A stretch of DNA of 64,000 nt from a virus: positions 64,001-128,000 of the IMG/VR virus record IMGVR_UViG_3300047564_002270; one strand, 5' to 3'. Below are positions 55,466 through 63,631 of this stretch, piece after piece (positions within the stretch are counted from its first letter, which is position 1; every line of letters begins with the position of its first letter). The notes under the pieces are model-generated. The model saw only the letters and a program-made list of their open reading frames with translations, searched no databases and was not told the origin of the DNA. The translations under genes were made by a program, and so were the position numbers.

Positions 55466-55887
55466 TGGTTTATCTTGATATTAATGGTTTCGGTTTTGGT
55501 GTCCGTAAGAAACTTTGCAAAGATGTCATTGAATATTTTTGCGATAAGTATCTTCCCCGCCACAAACTTGACATCACTGTAAAGCATCGGAATTTACGTC
55601 GAGATAATGTATATGGGTGGTGTAATATTGAAGGGGATGCCTATCGTCCTCGTGAGTTTATGATTGAAATTCACAATGGACTTGATAAGGAAACCTATAT
55701 TAAGACTCTGTTTCACGAATGCACTCACGTTCTTCAACACGTTCGAGGTGATCTAAAGGAAAGGCACAATAAACAACTCTGGAAAGGAGTTGATTATAGC
55801 AAAGTTTCTTATGAAGATCAACCTTGGGAACAAGAAGCAGAAGAGAACGAAGAGAAACTCTACTACGAATACTTGACATGGGGTTGA
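55465..55887 (+). CDS. HExxH zinc metallopeptidase-like protein
   Basis: TLFHECTHVLQ and Y.DQPWEQEA motifs. Confidence 0.75.
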   Translation: MVYLDINGFGFGVRKKLCKDVIEYFCDKYLPRHKLDITVKHRNLRRDNVYGWCNIEGDAYRPREFMIEIHNGLDKETYIKTLFHECTHVLQHVRGDLKERHNKQLWKGVDYSKVSYEDQPWEQEAEENEEKLYYEYLTWG

Positions 55888-55902
55888 AAATCCCTGTATA
55901 AT
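55873..55902 (+). promoter_or_regulatory. Sigma70-type promoter
   Basis: TTGACA-18 nt-TATAAT. Confidence 0.7.
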
Positions 55903-55941
55903 GTGCCTTGTCACGGTTGATAGGATATCTCTAAGTTCTTT

Positions 55942-55982
55942 AAGGTTTCTAAGTTGACTTAGGGACCTTTTTGTTGTATAAT
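55942..55982 (+). promoter_or_regulatory. Terminator hairpin overlapped by a sigma70-type promoter
   Basis: AAGGTTTCTAAG-TTGA-CTTAGGGACCTT plus T run; TTGACT(55954)-17 nt-TATAAT(55977). Confidence 0.7.
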
Positions 55983-55997
55983 GAATAAAAAAGTTAT

Positions 55998-56582
55998 ATG
56001 AGATTTACACTAGCAATTATTAATCCTCCATATGGTGTTGGTGGAAATCTTGCGATTAAATTTCTAAACAAGATTTCTGAGCACACTGATGATGTTCGAG
56101 CAGTCTTACCAACATCAGTCAGAAAACCATCTTCTTTAAATAAAATTAAAGATCATCTTCATTGTGTTTTAGATGAAGATCTAGATTCTTCTACATTCCC
56201 AAATGGTATTAGTGCTGTGAAACAATACTGGGAGGTAAAAAACACGTCGAGATTTCAGGTAGGTGTAGGTGAAATTCCGATGTTAAGAGAACATCCTGAT
56301 TTTGAATTCCTGCCTTATGAAAGAAGATTTGATGCCGATGTATTTGTTGGTGAATATGGATGTGGTCCAAGTGGTCGAGTGAAGACAGAGAACTTCACTC
56401 ATTATGCTAAGGGACATCACTTTCTGAAGGTTCGAGATAAAAGTGTAATTGATAATATGGTAGAATTTGCTGATAGGTTTAGAGAGGCAGCAAATCAATG
56501 TAATGGAAGATATCATTTTGGAAAGAATGATTTGATTTCAACCTATATTAAATGTCTAGAGGAGCGAGATGACAAAGAATAA
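55998..56582 (+). CDS. N6-adenine DNA methyltransferase, catalytic (NPPY) / target-recognition half
   Basis: Begins MRFTLAIINPPY; AIKFL, AVLP and TFP motifs; no SAM-binding motif. Confidence 0.75.
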   Translation: MRFTLAIINPPYGVGGNLAIKFLNKISEHTDDVRAVLPTSVRKPSSLNKIKDHLHCVLDEDLDSSTFPNGISAVKQYWEVKNTSRFQVGVGEIPMLREHPDFEFLPYERRFDADVFVGEYGCGPSGRVKTENFTHYAKGHHFLKVRDKSVIDNMVEFADRFREAANQCNGRYHFGKNDLISTYIKCLEERDDKE

Positions 56583-56970
56583 ACATAATCTAGAAGTTGG
56601 ATCAACTATTGAAAGATCCGACGAGAGAATTAAAGAGACACAAGAAGTCTTTACTCCGATGGATCTTGTCGAGAGTATGGTGAATGATATTGACATCGAG
56701 ATTATTAAAAATCCAGAGAGCACCTTTATCGATAACTCTGCAGGATCTGGAAACTTTTTGATTGCTCTTAAAAATCGTTTATGTCAATATCACGAAGAGA
56801 AATATGTTCTGGATCATATGCTCTATGCCGTCGAGATGATGGAAGATAATCATAAGGAGCTTTGTGAGAGGTTAGGTGTGTCTACAGATCATCCTCATTA
56901 TGTGTGTGCGGATGCTCTGGAGTATGATTACTCATTTGGAAATCTTATCGGTATTGAAAAGTTTTTCTAA
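56569..56970 (+). CDS. N6-adenine DNA methyltransferase, SAM-binding half
   Basis: EVFTP, FIDNSAGSGNFL, LYAVE and CADAL motifs; no NPPY. Confidence 0.85.
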   Translation: MTKNKHNLEVGSTIERSDERIKETQEVFTPMDLVESMVNDIDIEIIKNPESTFIDNSAGSGNFLIALKNRLCQYHEEKYVLDHMLYAVEMMEDNHKELCERLGVSTDHPHYVCADALEYDYSFGNLIGIEKFF

Positions 56971-56982
56971 TGGGTCGAGGGG

Positions 56983-57011
56983 TTGACGGGGCGGTTGATC
57001 CATCGTATATT
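56983..57011 (+). promoter_or_regulatory. Sigma70-type promoter
   Basis: TTGACG-17 nt-TATATT. Confidence 0.65.
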
Positions 57012-57069
57012 ACTCACATCGGCAAGGAATTCGTTCGCCGCCGATTTGTTCTTTACCTGACTAACACAA

Positions 57070-58074
57070 ATGTCACACGTTGTTATTGATCGGTGCTCCG
57101 CACCAGATCCTTCAAATTCACTTTTGATTTCTCTTCCGCGAAAGGAATTCAAAGGTGCTCGATATATTGAAACTGTAATTCTTCCAGTGGAAGATGTAGA
57201 TCGTGGTGGTGATTGGGAAGAAAATCAACATCGCGCAGCTGGAACTGATGGTGATAACAAACAAGGTCTTTTAGAAGACCTTCAAAGAGGTATTCGCTAC
57301 GATCAGCTTCCGCCAATCGTAATTAAGGACGAGGAAGAAAACAAGTTTAAACTTTTGGATGGTTTTACTCGAACTTGGGCGCTCCTTGAACTTTCACAAA
57401 AGTATTGGGTTTTTGATCTCTATGAATTTGATCCTGGTGTCAATTCCAAAAACTTAATTGAAGATATTAGTTTGGGGGCAAATTCTCACCCATCTTGTAA
57501 AAGTGCCACAAAAGATGACTTTATCAAAATTGGTGTTGCTCGTGTAAATCGTGGCGATCTGGCCAAAGACATGGGTGCCATTCTTGAATGGATTGAAAGT
57601 GTCCCAAATGTGCTTAGTCAAAGGACTCGAAAAACAATTGCGACTAACATTTACAAAGAAACTGTTAGTGTCAGCAAACTTCGGGCTCTTGAACTTCAAG
57701 ACGTCAAGAAGATTATTCGCACTCAAACTGAATACCAAGTTGGCGGTAAAATCGATCAGAAGAACCGATTTGGTCGTGTTGTGAATGCTGCTAACGATCT
57801 TTACACTCTTCGTAACTTCAAGTTCATTCTTGAAGATTATTCCAAAACTGGTCGAACAACTATGGTAACTCTGTATAGTTCAAGTGCTATCAGTCCTGAG
57901 GAACTGAAAGAGCAGCGGAATACTGCTAAAGCAGAGTTGGAGTCCTTTCACACGATGGCAATTCGTTATGTTTCTAAGTTTCTTGAAACTGGAGTCAAAC
58001 CATTTGAAATCGTAGGTTCGATTGCTCAAATTAAGGGTGAAGAAACGGATCAAGTAATTGTTCCTTTCTCTTGA
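57070..58074 (+). CDS. ParB/Srx N-terminal-like domain protein
   Basis: NQHR, PPIVI and LLDGFTRTWAL motifs. Confidence 0.65.
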   Translation: MSHVVIDRCSAPDPSNSLLISLPRKEFKGARYIETVILPVEDVDRGGDWEENQHRAAGTDGDNKQGLLEDLQRGIRYDQLPPIVIKDEEENKFKLLDGFTRTWALLELSQKYWVFDLYEFDPGVNSKNLIEDISLGANSHPSCKSATKDDFIKIGVARVNRGDLAKDMGAILEWIESVPNVLSQRTRKTIATNIYKETVSVSKLRALELQDVKKIIRTQTEYQVGGKIDQKNRFGRVVNAANDLYTLRNFKFILEDYSKTGRTTMVTLYSSSAISPEELKEQRNTAKAELESFHTMAIRYVSKFLETGVKPFEIVGSIAQIKGEETDQVIVPFS

Positions 58075-58094
58075 TCCACTTCCCAAACTGGCAC

Positions 58095-58120
58095 AGGGGT
58101 CCTTCGGGACCCCTTTTTGT
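58095..58120 (+). terminator. Intrinsic terminator
   Basis: AGGGGTCC-TTCG-GGACCCCT followed by TTTTGT. Confidence 0.85.
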
Positions 58121-58155
58121 GCTGCTACAATACCTGTATTGAAACGCAAAACACG

Positions 58156-59385
58156 ATGATCCAACTCCGCCCCCACCAACAGACTGCTCTCGATGCTCTC
58201 GCTCAGCATTCTAAGGGTATCTGTGTGTTCCCCACTGGCGGTGGCAAGACTAACGTTGCCATCTTTGATGCTATGCGCGTGTTTCAATCCGAAACTCCTA
58301 AGACTGTTGTGGTGGTTGCTCCCCGCATTCTGCTTGCTGAGCAACTCTCCTGCGAGTTTCTTGAGTTCATCACCAATGCTTCTGTGTTTCACGTTCATAG
58401 CGGTGAGACTCACCACGAGAGCAGCACCAATCCTGAGAAAATCTACAACTGGTATGCAACTAACAACTCTCGCCACAAACTGATCTTCACCACCTATAAC
58501 TCCCTTGAGCGTCTTGTTGATGCCGAGGTTGAGGTGGATACGATCTACTTTGACGAGGCACACAATAGCGTTCAGCGCCACTTCTTCCCTGCGACTGAGC
58601 ACTTCAGTCAGGAAGCAAAGCGTTGCTACTTCTTCACTGCAACTCCTAAGCATTCTCTGGCAGTTGGCAAACCTGGTATGAACGATGTTGCTGTCTATGG
58701 ACAAATCATCGCCAAGGTTCCTGCTCCCGAACTTGTTCAGGGTGGTTACATCATTCCCCCTAAGGTGATTGCAACGGAAATGCGCCTCTCTGTGCCTGGT
58801 GAGGATGTTGCTATGCGCGATTGTGAGTATCTGCTGCAGATCATTCAGGACAATCCTGTCAACAAGATCCTGGTGTGTGCCAAGGCAACCAAGCATATCA
58901 TCAATCTGCTTTCTGAGTCTGATTTTGTTGAGCAGATTGCCGAACAAGGTTACTCTGTGATGCACATCACTGCCAAGCACGGTGCCTACATCGATGGGCA
59001 GAAAGTCAACCGCGAGGTGTTCTTCGACACTCTCAACGAGTGGGGTAAGGATGCTGACAAGAAGTTTGTGGTTCTTCACCACAGCATCCTTGCCGAGGGT
59101 ATCAACATCTCTGCTCTTGAGGCAGTTGTGTTCCTCCGCTCTATGGATATTGTGGGCATCGGTCAAACCGTTGGGCGCACTCTTCGTCTTCACCCACAGG
59201 ATGCTGCTGGTATTCGCTCTGGCGCTATTCAGGCAGGTGATCTGGCATCTTACACCAAATCTTACGGTTTGGTGATCTGCCCCGTGTTCGACAAGAATAC
59301 GACCTCTACTGCCAAGAAGGTTCAGAACGTTGTTGACATCATCTTCCAGCAGGGTGATGTGGCAGTGTCGGTGGTTCGCAAGTGA
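58156..59385 (+). CDS. Superfamily 2 (DEAH, ResIII-like) helicase
   Basis: LRPHQ, PTGGGKT, FDEAH, TATP, ILAEGIN and QTVGRTLR motifs. Confidence 0.92.
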   Translation: MIQLRPHQQTALDALAQHSKGICVFPTGGGKTNVAIFDAMRVFQSETPKTVVVVAPRILLAEQLSCEFLEFITNASVFHVHSGETHHESSTNPEKIYNWYATNNSRHKLIFTTYNSLERLVDAEVEVDTIYFDEAHNSVQRHFFPATEHFSQEAKRCYFFTATPKHSLAVGKPGMNDVAVYGQIIAKVPAPELVQGGYIIPPKVIATEMRLSVPGEDVAMRDCEYLLQIIQDNPVNKILVCAKATKHIINLLSESDFVEQIAEQGYSVMHITAKHGAYIDGQKVNREVFFDTLNEWGKDADKKFVVLHHSILAEGINISALEAVVFLRSMDIVGIGQTVGRTLRLHPQDAAGIRSGAIQAGDLASYTKSYGLVICPVFDKNTTSTAKKVQNVVDIIFQQGDVAVSVVRK

Positions 59386-59458
59386 TCCACCCCCCCTGCC
59401 TGAAGCGGTTCCCTCACCCCAAACCCCTTGCGGTCACTGGGGTGAAAACCCGATTTTC

Positions 59459-59487
59459 TTGCAATTCTGCGGTAAGGGTGCTATCAT
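59459..59487 (+). promoter_or_regulatory. Possible sigma70-type promoter
   Basis: TTGCAA-17 nt-TATCAT with TG extension. Confidence 0.45.
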
Positions 59488-59523
59488 ACCTTCGCCACGT
59501 TCCCACGACCGATTTTTTGATTT

Positions 59524-59694
59524 ATGGAAGGATTTGAAACAGAAGATGGGTATGCTGCTGTTCCTTGGGGCAAAAGGTTAGTCATCATTTATGGTGGTTA
59601 TCAATTGACCGATGTGAGCACAGCAAGGCAAGCACATAAGTTCATCAAAGAACATCGCACCAATCCACAAACTGGCACAGTATTTGTCCAATAG
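59524..59694 (+). CDS. Hypothetical protein, 56 aa (not in the ORF track)
   Basis: MEGFETEDGYAAVPWGKRLVIIYGG... Confidence 0.65.
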   Translation: MEGFETEDGYAAVPWGKRLVIIYGGYQLTDVSTARQAHKFIKEHRTNPQTGTVFVQ

Positions 59695-59712
59695 AGATTT
59701 TTTTCAACTACA

Positions 59713-59931
59713 ATGACTTCAACTCTGATTAAACAAGTGAAAAAGAAATTTGTGAATGTAACTCCTATGAGTTCAAAAGCAAAAAATCGGTTTATTAACA
59801 ATATGGATTGCTTTCATGCTTGCGAAGTTGAGCAGGAAAAGGATGGTAAATTGTTTCTTGTTTCACTAAATCGTAAATACTGCTTTTGGTTGCAGAAGGA
59901 AGGGAACGAACACTGGAAGGTTGAAAAATGA
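59713..59931 (+). CDS. Hypothetical protein
   Basis: V.P.SSKAKNRF.N.M motif; start uncertain. Confidence 0.7.
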   Translation: MTSTLIKQVKKKFVNVTPMSSKAKNRFINNMDCFHACEVEQEKDGKLFLVSLNRKYCFWLQKEGNEHWKVEK

Positions 59932-60239
59932 TTGGATTGATTGCTGGTCTTGCATGTGGCGTAGCTACATATTATGGTGTAGGAGATGGTTTTCATGGGC
60001 AAATCACCGCTAACGGCGAACGGTTTGATGCTTATCGTTGGACTGCAGCTCATCCTTATCTACCTATGGGGACACGCATCAAGGTAACAAATCAAGATAA
60101 TCTCAAACAAGTTATTGTGAGAGTAAATGATCGAGGACCTTATTCTCACGCGGATCTTGACCTAAGTTATGCTGCCTTTGCACATATTGCCTCCACAAGT
60201 AAAGGTAATGCCACTGTGTGTTGGAGGGTCGTGGGATGA
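59928..60239 (+). CDS. rlpA: RlpA-like double-psi beta-barrel (lytic transglycosylase family)
   Basis: ATYYG, TANGERFD, TAAH..LPMGT, VRVNDRGPY and DLS.AAF motifs. Confidence 0.92.
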   Translation: MIGLIAGLACGVATYYGVGDGFHGQITANGERFDAYRWTAAHPYLPMGTRIKVTNQDNLKQVIVRVNDRGPYSHADLDLSYAAFAHIASTSKGNATVCWRVVG

Positions 60240-60412
60240 AAGTCACGGAGCATAATATACACGAAACTGATCTAGATCTCACTGATATCACTGAATTAAT
60301 TCGTCTCTGTAAGGAAGAATCTATAAAGCATCAGGGGGATAGGGAAACTCTCTTGTATTATGGGGCATTGATTGGAAAGTTAGTTTGCATTCGACACGAT
60401 TTAATCTCTTAA
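60236..60412 (+). CDS. Hypothetical protein
   Basis: ATGA overlap with rlpA. Confidence 0.6.
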   Translation: MKVTEHNIHETDLDLTDITELIRLCKEESIKHQGDRETLLYYGALIGKLVCIRHDLIS

Positions 60413-60451
60413 TAAAAGTTTATTAAATAGTAGTGAATTGAGGAAGAAGTT

Positions 60452-60637
60452 ATGGTTGTATTACTATCAACAACTATTATTACTTGTTCTCAGGCAATGA
60501 ATATTATTCAACGCCTTACTAATGTAGTAGGATTAACTGAATCTCAAAAAACTGAAATTATTCAGGAGGTTCGTAAGACTATTCCTTATTGTCCCATTAA
60601 AATAGTAGAAGATGACGCAAGAAACACAAGAAGATAA
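60452..60637 (+). CDS. Hypothetical protein
   Basis: GAGGA RBS; TAAATA upstream. Confidence 0.65.
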   Translation: MVVLLSTTIITCSQAMNIIQRLTNVVGLTESQKTEIIQEVRKTIPYCPIKIVEDDARNTRR

Positions 60638-60785
60638 ATGGAACCGTGGACTTACTCTATTTGAGGAAAGTGTATTGAAACCAGATCCTGAACTTCGTCA
60701 ATGTGCTCATAATCAAAAATGTTACAACGAACTCATGCAAGTTCGTGATAATGTGTTAGAATACTTAAAGACAATAAGAAAATAA
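60612..60785 (+). CDS. Hypothetical protein, 57 aa (not in the ORF track)
   Basis: KWNRGLTLFEESVLKPDPELRQCAHNQKCYNELM. Confidence 0.7.
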   Translation: MTQETQEDKWNRGLTLFEESVLKPDPELRQCAHNQKCYNELMQVRDNVLEYLKTIRK

Positions 60786-60814
60786 ATATTGTAAAATTAT
60801 ATGGAAAACCGAAG

Positions 60815-61135
60815 ATGCTATCAACACAATATCGGTTGAGACTTGAAGAAATTTGTGATCGTATCGCAAGACGCGAACCTGTTGGATTGGAAGATATGAT
60901 CTGGGCAGAAAAACTTGCGAAAGCAAATCGTTCTGCTGCTACTATTCTTCGTCAAGCAAGAAGAAAAGCAGAAAATCCTAATATGGTTGAGGGGGGTATG
61001 GATGACTTTCTCAATCAATTAGATATTGGTGGGTTTGGTAATGAGAGATTTGGTAAAAGAGGATTTGATAGTGTTGATGATATGATTGATTGGTGGACTG
61101 AAGATAAACCTGAGGATTGGAGGCAAAGAGATTGA
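60815..61135 (+). CDS. Conserved cyanophage hypothetical protein
   Basis: MLSTQYRLRLE.IC...DWRQRD; ATAAATA upstream. Confidence 0.75.
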   Translation: MLSTQYRLRLEEICDRIARREPVGLEDMIWAEKLAKANRSAATILRQARRKAENPNMVEGGMDDFLNQLDIGGFGNERFGKRGFDSVDDMIDWWTEDKPEDWRQRD

Positions 61136-61371
61136 TGAAAGCTGTATTGTATTCTAAAGAAAACTGCCAGGAATGTGATAGGGCAAGATCTCTTTTAGAA
61201 AGCTTAGGAGTTTCTCATTTAGAGTATAAACTTGGAAGTGATTATAATGAGAAACAGTTTCGTGCCGAGTTTGGTAGTAATGCTCAGTTTCCTCAGGTTG
61301 CAATTGATTATAAGCACATAGGAAGTCTTAAAGAAACTCTTCAATATCTCAAAGTAGTAGGAGTAATATGA
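61135..61371 (+). CDS. Glutaredoxin-like protein (CQEC)
   Basis: LYSKENCQEC, FPQV and HIG motifs; TGATG coupling. Confidence 0.85.
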   Translation: MKAVLYSKENCQECDRARSLLESLGVSHLEYKLGSDYNEKQFRAEFGSNAQFPQVAIDYKHIGSLKETLQYLKVVGVI

Positions 61372-61841
61372 GCGAAGTTCAATTTAAAAAGCATAGAGTA
61401 TTCCGCGAAACGGATGCTGTTGTTTTCTACGATATTTCTGTAGAAGACTCTAATGCACAAGATCTTGTAGTTCATACTGGTCCTGCTATTTCTCCTCCCG
61501 ACGATATTGTAGGGGCAAAACAATTTTATATTCACCATCACCAGGTAGATCACAATCGTGTTCTATCTGGTCTTCGCACATTTGAATTGGTAAATCTGGA
61601 ATGGAGATATCCTTATCACATTGTGCATCTTAATCGCACATCTGGTGCTCTTGTAATTCCTAAGATGACCTTCCATCGTTCATATTCTGGACCTGATGGA
61701 TCCATTGTGATTAATCAGGCAATTCGTGATGATGAATTTAATCCAGAAACAGAATTTGTTCCAGTTTCTGCCGCTAAAAATAAAGATCTTTATCATATAC
61801 TTGCACACGAAAAACCAGTCATTCATACTCTAGGAGAATGA
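61368..61841 (+). CDS. Cupin-like His-rich protein
   Basis: FRET..V.FYD, AISPP, FYIH.HQ.D.N and FHRS motifs. Confidence 0.6.
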   Translation: MSEVQFKKHRVFRETDAVVFYDISVEDSNAQDLVVHTGPAISPPDDIVGAKQFYIHHHQVDHNRVLSGLRTFELVNLEWRYPYHIVHLNRTSGALVIPKMTFHRSYSGPDGSIVINQAIRDDEFNPETEFVPVSAAKNKDLYHILAHEKPVIHTLGE

Positions 61842-62029
61842 AACAAGCAGTTATTCTTTCACTCTGTTTTCTTCCTCTTGCAATCATCTATGTGATTATG
61901 AAAGTTTCGTTATGGTTGTCTAGTAGTGTATCAGAAATCAAGTATGTAAAGGACGATGCAAAACGACCACACGGACCCTACTTGGAAAACCCATATGGAG
62001 ATGTTGACGAAGAGAATGAAGAAGATTGA
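61838..62029 (+). CDS. Small membrane protein
   Basis: N-terminal hydrophobic helix; ATGA overlap. Confidence 0.65.
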   Translation: MKQAVILSLCFLPLAIIYVIMKVSLWLSSSVSEIKYVKDDAKRPHGPYLENPYGDVDEENEED

Positions 62030-62162
62030 AATTGCTGATAAGATTGACGAAGCAATCTGGAAATGGTATTTTGAACACGGTAAAGAAGTTCCGAACTGGA
62101 AAATGCAAAAGGACCCACAGTGGTGGATTGATTACCTAGCATCACTTGACGAGGGACAATAA
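62016..62162 (+). CDS. Hypothetical protein (start uncertain)
   Basis: MKKIEIADKIDEAIWKWY...DPQWWIDYL. Confidence 0.55.
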   Translation: MKKIEIADKIDEAIWKWYFEHGKEVPNWKMQKDPQWWIDYLASLDEGQ

Positions 62163-62174
62163 ATATCCTATAAT
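62146..62174 (+). promoter_or_regulatory. Sigma70-type promoter with an ATAAATA late-type box in its spacer
   Basis: TTGACG-17 nt-TATAAT. Confidence 0.65.
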
Positions 62175-62195
62175 CATTGCATATATCTTTTGATT

Positions 62196-62396
62196 ATGGA
62201 CTACAAACCTTATTCCACAGAGTGGAGCAGAAAGAGATACTTGGCAGAAGCAATTCAGAAGTATTTCGATGACGATGCTTCTGTAGAGGTTGTGCTTGAT
62301 GACATTGTTGATGTTCTTGAAGTTAATGCACTGGAGTATAGAACTCGTGCAGAAAAGTTTCAAGAAGTTTTAGATGGTCTTAAAGGGTTAAGTTAG
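62196..62396 (+). CDS. Hypothetical protein
   Basis: MDYKPYS.EW.RKRYL. Confidence 0.7.
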   Translation: MDYKPYSTEWSRKRYLAEAIQKYFDDDASVEVVLDDIVDVLEVNALEYRTRAEKFQEVLDGLKGLS

Positions 62397-62398
62397 TA

Positions 62399-62857
62399 AT
62401 GGAATTTACAATTTTACATCATTCGTATCGGTTTAAAACAACTTCTGATGATAATAAGTATGGTAAATGGGATTACATTGTTTATAATTTAGTATTCACC
62501 GCACACGACCACTACTTTAAGGGGATGTGTCTTGATTTGTCTGCGGAATGGAAAAGAGTCTTAGTTGCTAAAGATAAAGATAAAGCAGATGAGTATCTTT
62601 TAAAAAGCATTGAAGAACACTCTGATGCAGAAAGAAATAAAATCTTTTTCAAGGCTTGGGAATATCAATCCCCACATCTTGTTTATAATGAGAAGTTTGA
62701 TGTCTTTCAACTAAGAGACTACATTCAAGATAATCCTGCCACCAGAGGGACTATCGCATATATAGAAGACCTAAAACGGGGAATTACTTACGGACACTTT
62801 GCTCCTTATAGTTCCTTATATTCTTGTGTCTACAACTTACAATACTGGTGGGATTAA
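62399..62857 (+). CDS. Hypothetical protein
   Basis: 152-aa ORF. Confidence 0.7.
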   Translation: MEFTILHHSYRFKTTSDDNKYGKWDYIVYNLVFTAHDHYFKGMCLDLSAEWKRVLVAKDKDKADEYLLKSIEEHSDAERNKIFFKAWEYQSPHLVYNEKFDVFQLRDYIQDNPATRGTIAYIEDLKRGITYGHFAPYSSLYSCVYNLQYWWD

Positions 62858-63096
62858 TGGATAATTTTCAAATATCTTTGCTGCTTATATTTGGAATTAT
62901 TTTTTATATGGTCATTGTTGACCAAAACGTAGCAGATTTTATAAATCTGTTGGCAAAAGTATTCAAGAACGAAGTTTCTAAAAGAATTTGGATGATTAAG
63001 TATCACCCCCGTAATCCAATTACTAACTTGATTAAAAGGCGGGAGTATGCTAAAATTGCAGAAGAATTATTAAAAGAATATAATATTCGGGAGTAA
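62857..63096 (+). CDS. Small membrane protein
   Basis: TAATG coupling; hydrophobic N-terminus; HPRNPI motif. Confidence 0.65.
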   Translation: MDNFQISLLLIFGIIFYMVIVDQNVADFINLLAKVFKNEVSKRIWMIKYHPRNPITNLIKRREYAKIAEELLKEYNIRE

Positions 63097-63102
63097 ATTC
63101 AA

Positions 63103-63333
63103 ATGACACTCGCAAAACCAGTAGAAGAATCACTCAAAGAAGCTGAAGCAAGTCTAAGAAATGCTCTTTCTTTTGCTGCTCGATCTGAACGTCCTATGGT
63201 GACTTCTGTGATTGCAAATCTAATTCAACGTATTGATACTTTAATTTCAACGGACGCACTTCTTGATAAACTTGAAACAAGAAAACCTGGTGATAAAGGT
63301 GTTTGGAATGATTTTTTCATTGATCCTGATTGA
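63103..63333 (+). CDS. Hypothetical protein
   Basis: SL.EAE..LRNAL.FAAR.ERP; GGAG RBS. Confidence 0.7.
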   Translation: MTLAKPVEESLKEAEASLRNALSFAARSERPMVTSVIANLIQRIDTLISTDALLDKLETRKPGDKGVWNDFFIDPD

Positions 63334-63418
63334 TCATTAAGTTTCATTACTCAACTCTTAAAACAATATTAAGAAATACAACTTTTCCTCTATATAATGT
63401 TAGGATATTCAAACAAAC

Positions 63419-63631
63419 ATGTCCAAAATGAATATGACACAAGAAGAGTGGAAAGAGCTGAATGATCTACGAGCAGCAATTTCACAGTATCCTGCATCAG
63501 TCGTTCCAGAAAAGCAGGAAAGATTTACAGAACTTCTTGTTAAGAGTTGGGAATATATCGACACGGTTCCAAGCCCAGACGGTTCTATAACTGTCACAAG
63601 ACCTGGTAAAACCGCCAAAGGGGTAGTATAA
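63419..63631 (+). CDS. Hypothetical protein
   Basis: EW.EL..LR.AI...PASV.P...ERF..LL motif. Confidence 0.65.
   Translation: MSKMNMTQEEWKELNDLRAAISQYPASVVPEKQERFTELLVKSWEYIDTVPSPDGSITVTRPGKTAKGVV

Noticed and set aside
57880-59193. 437-aa minus-strand ORF
   Set aside because: Antisense shadow of the helicase caused by its codon bias; no recognisable motifs.
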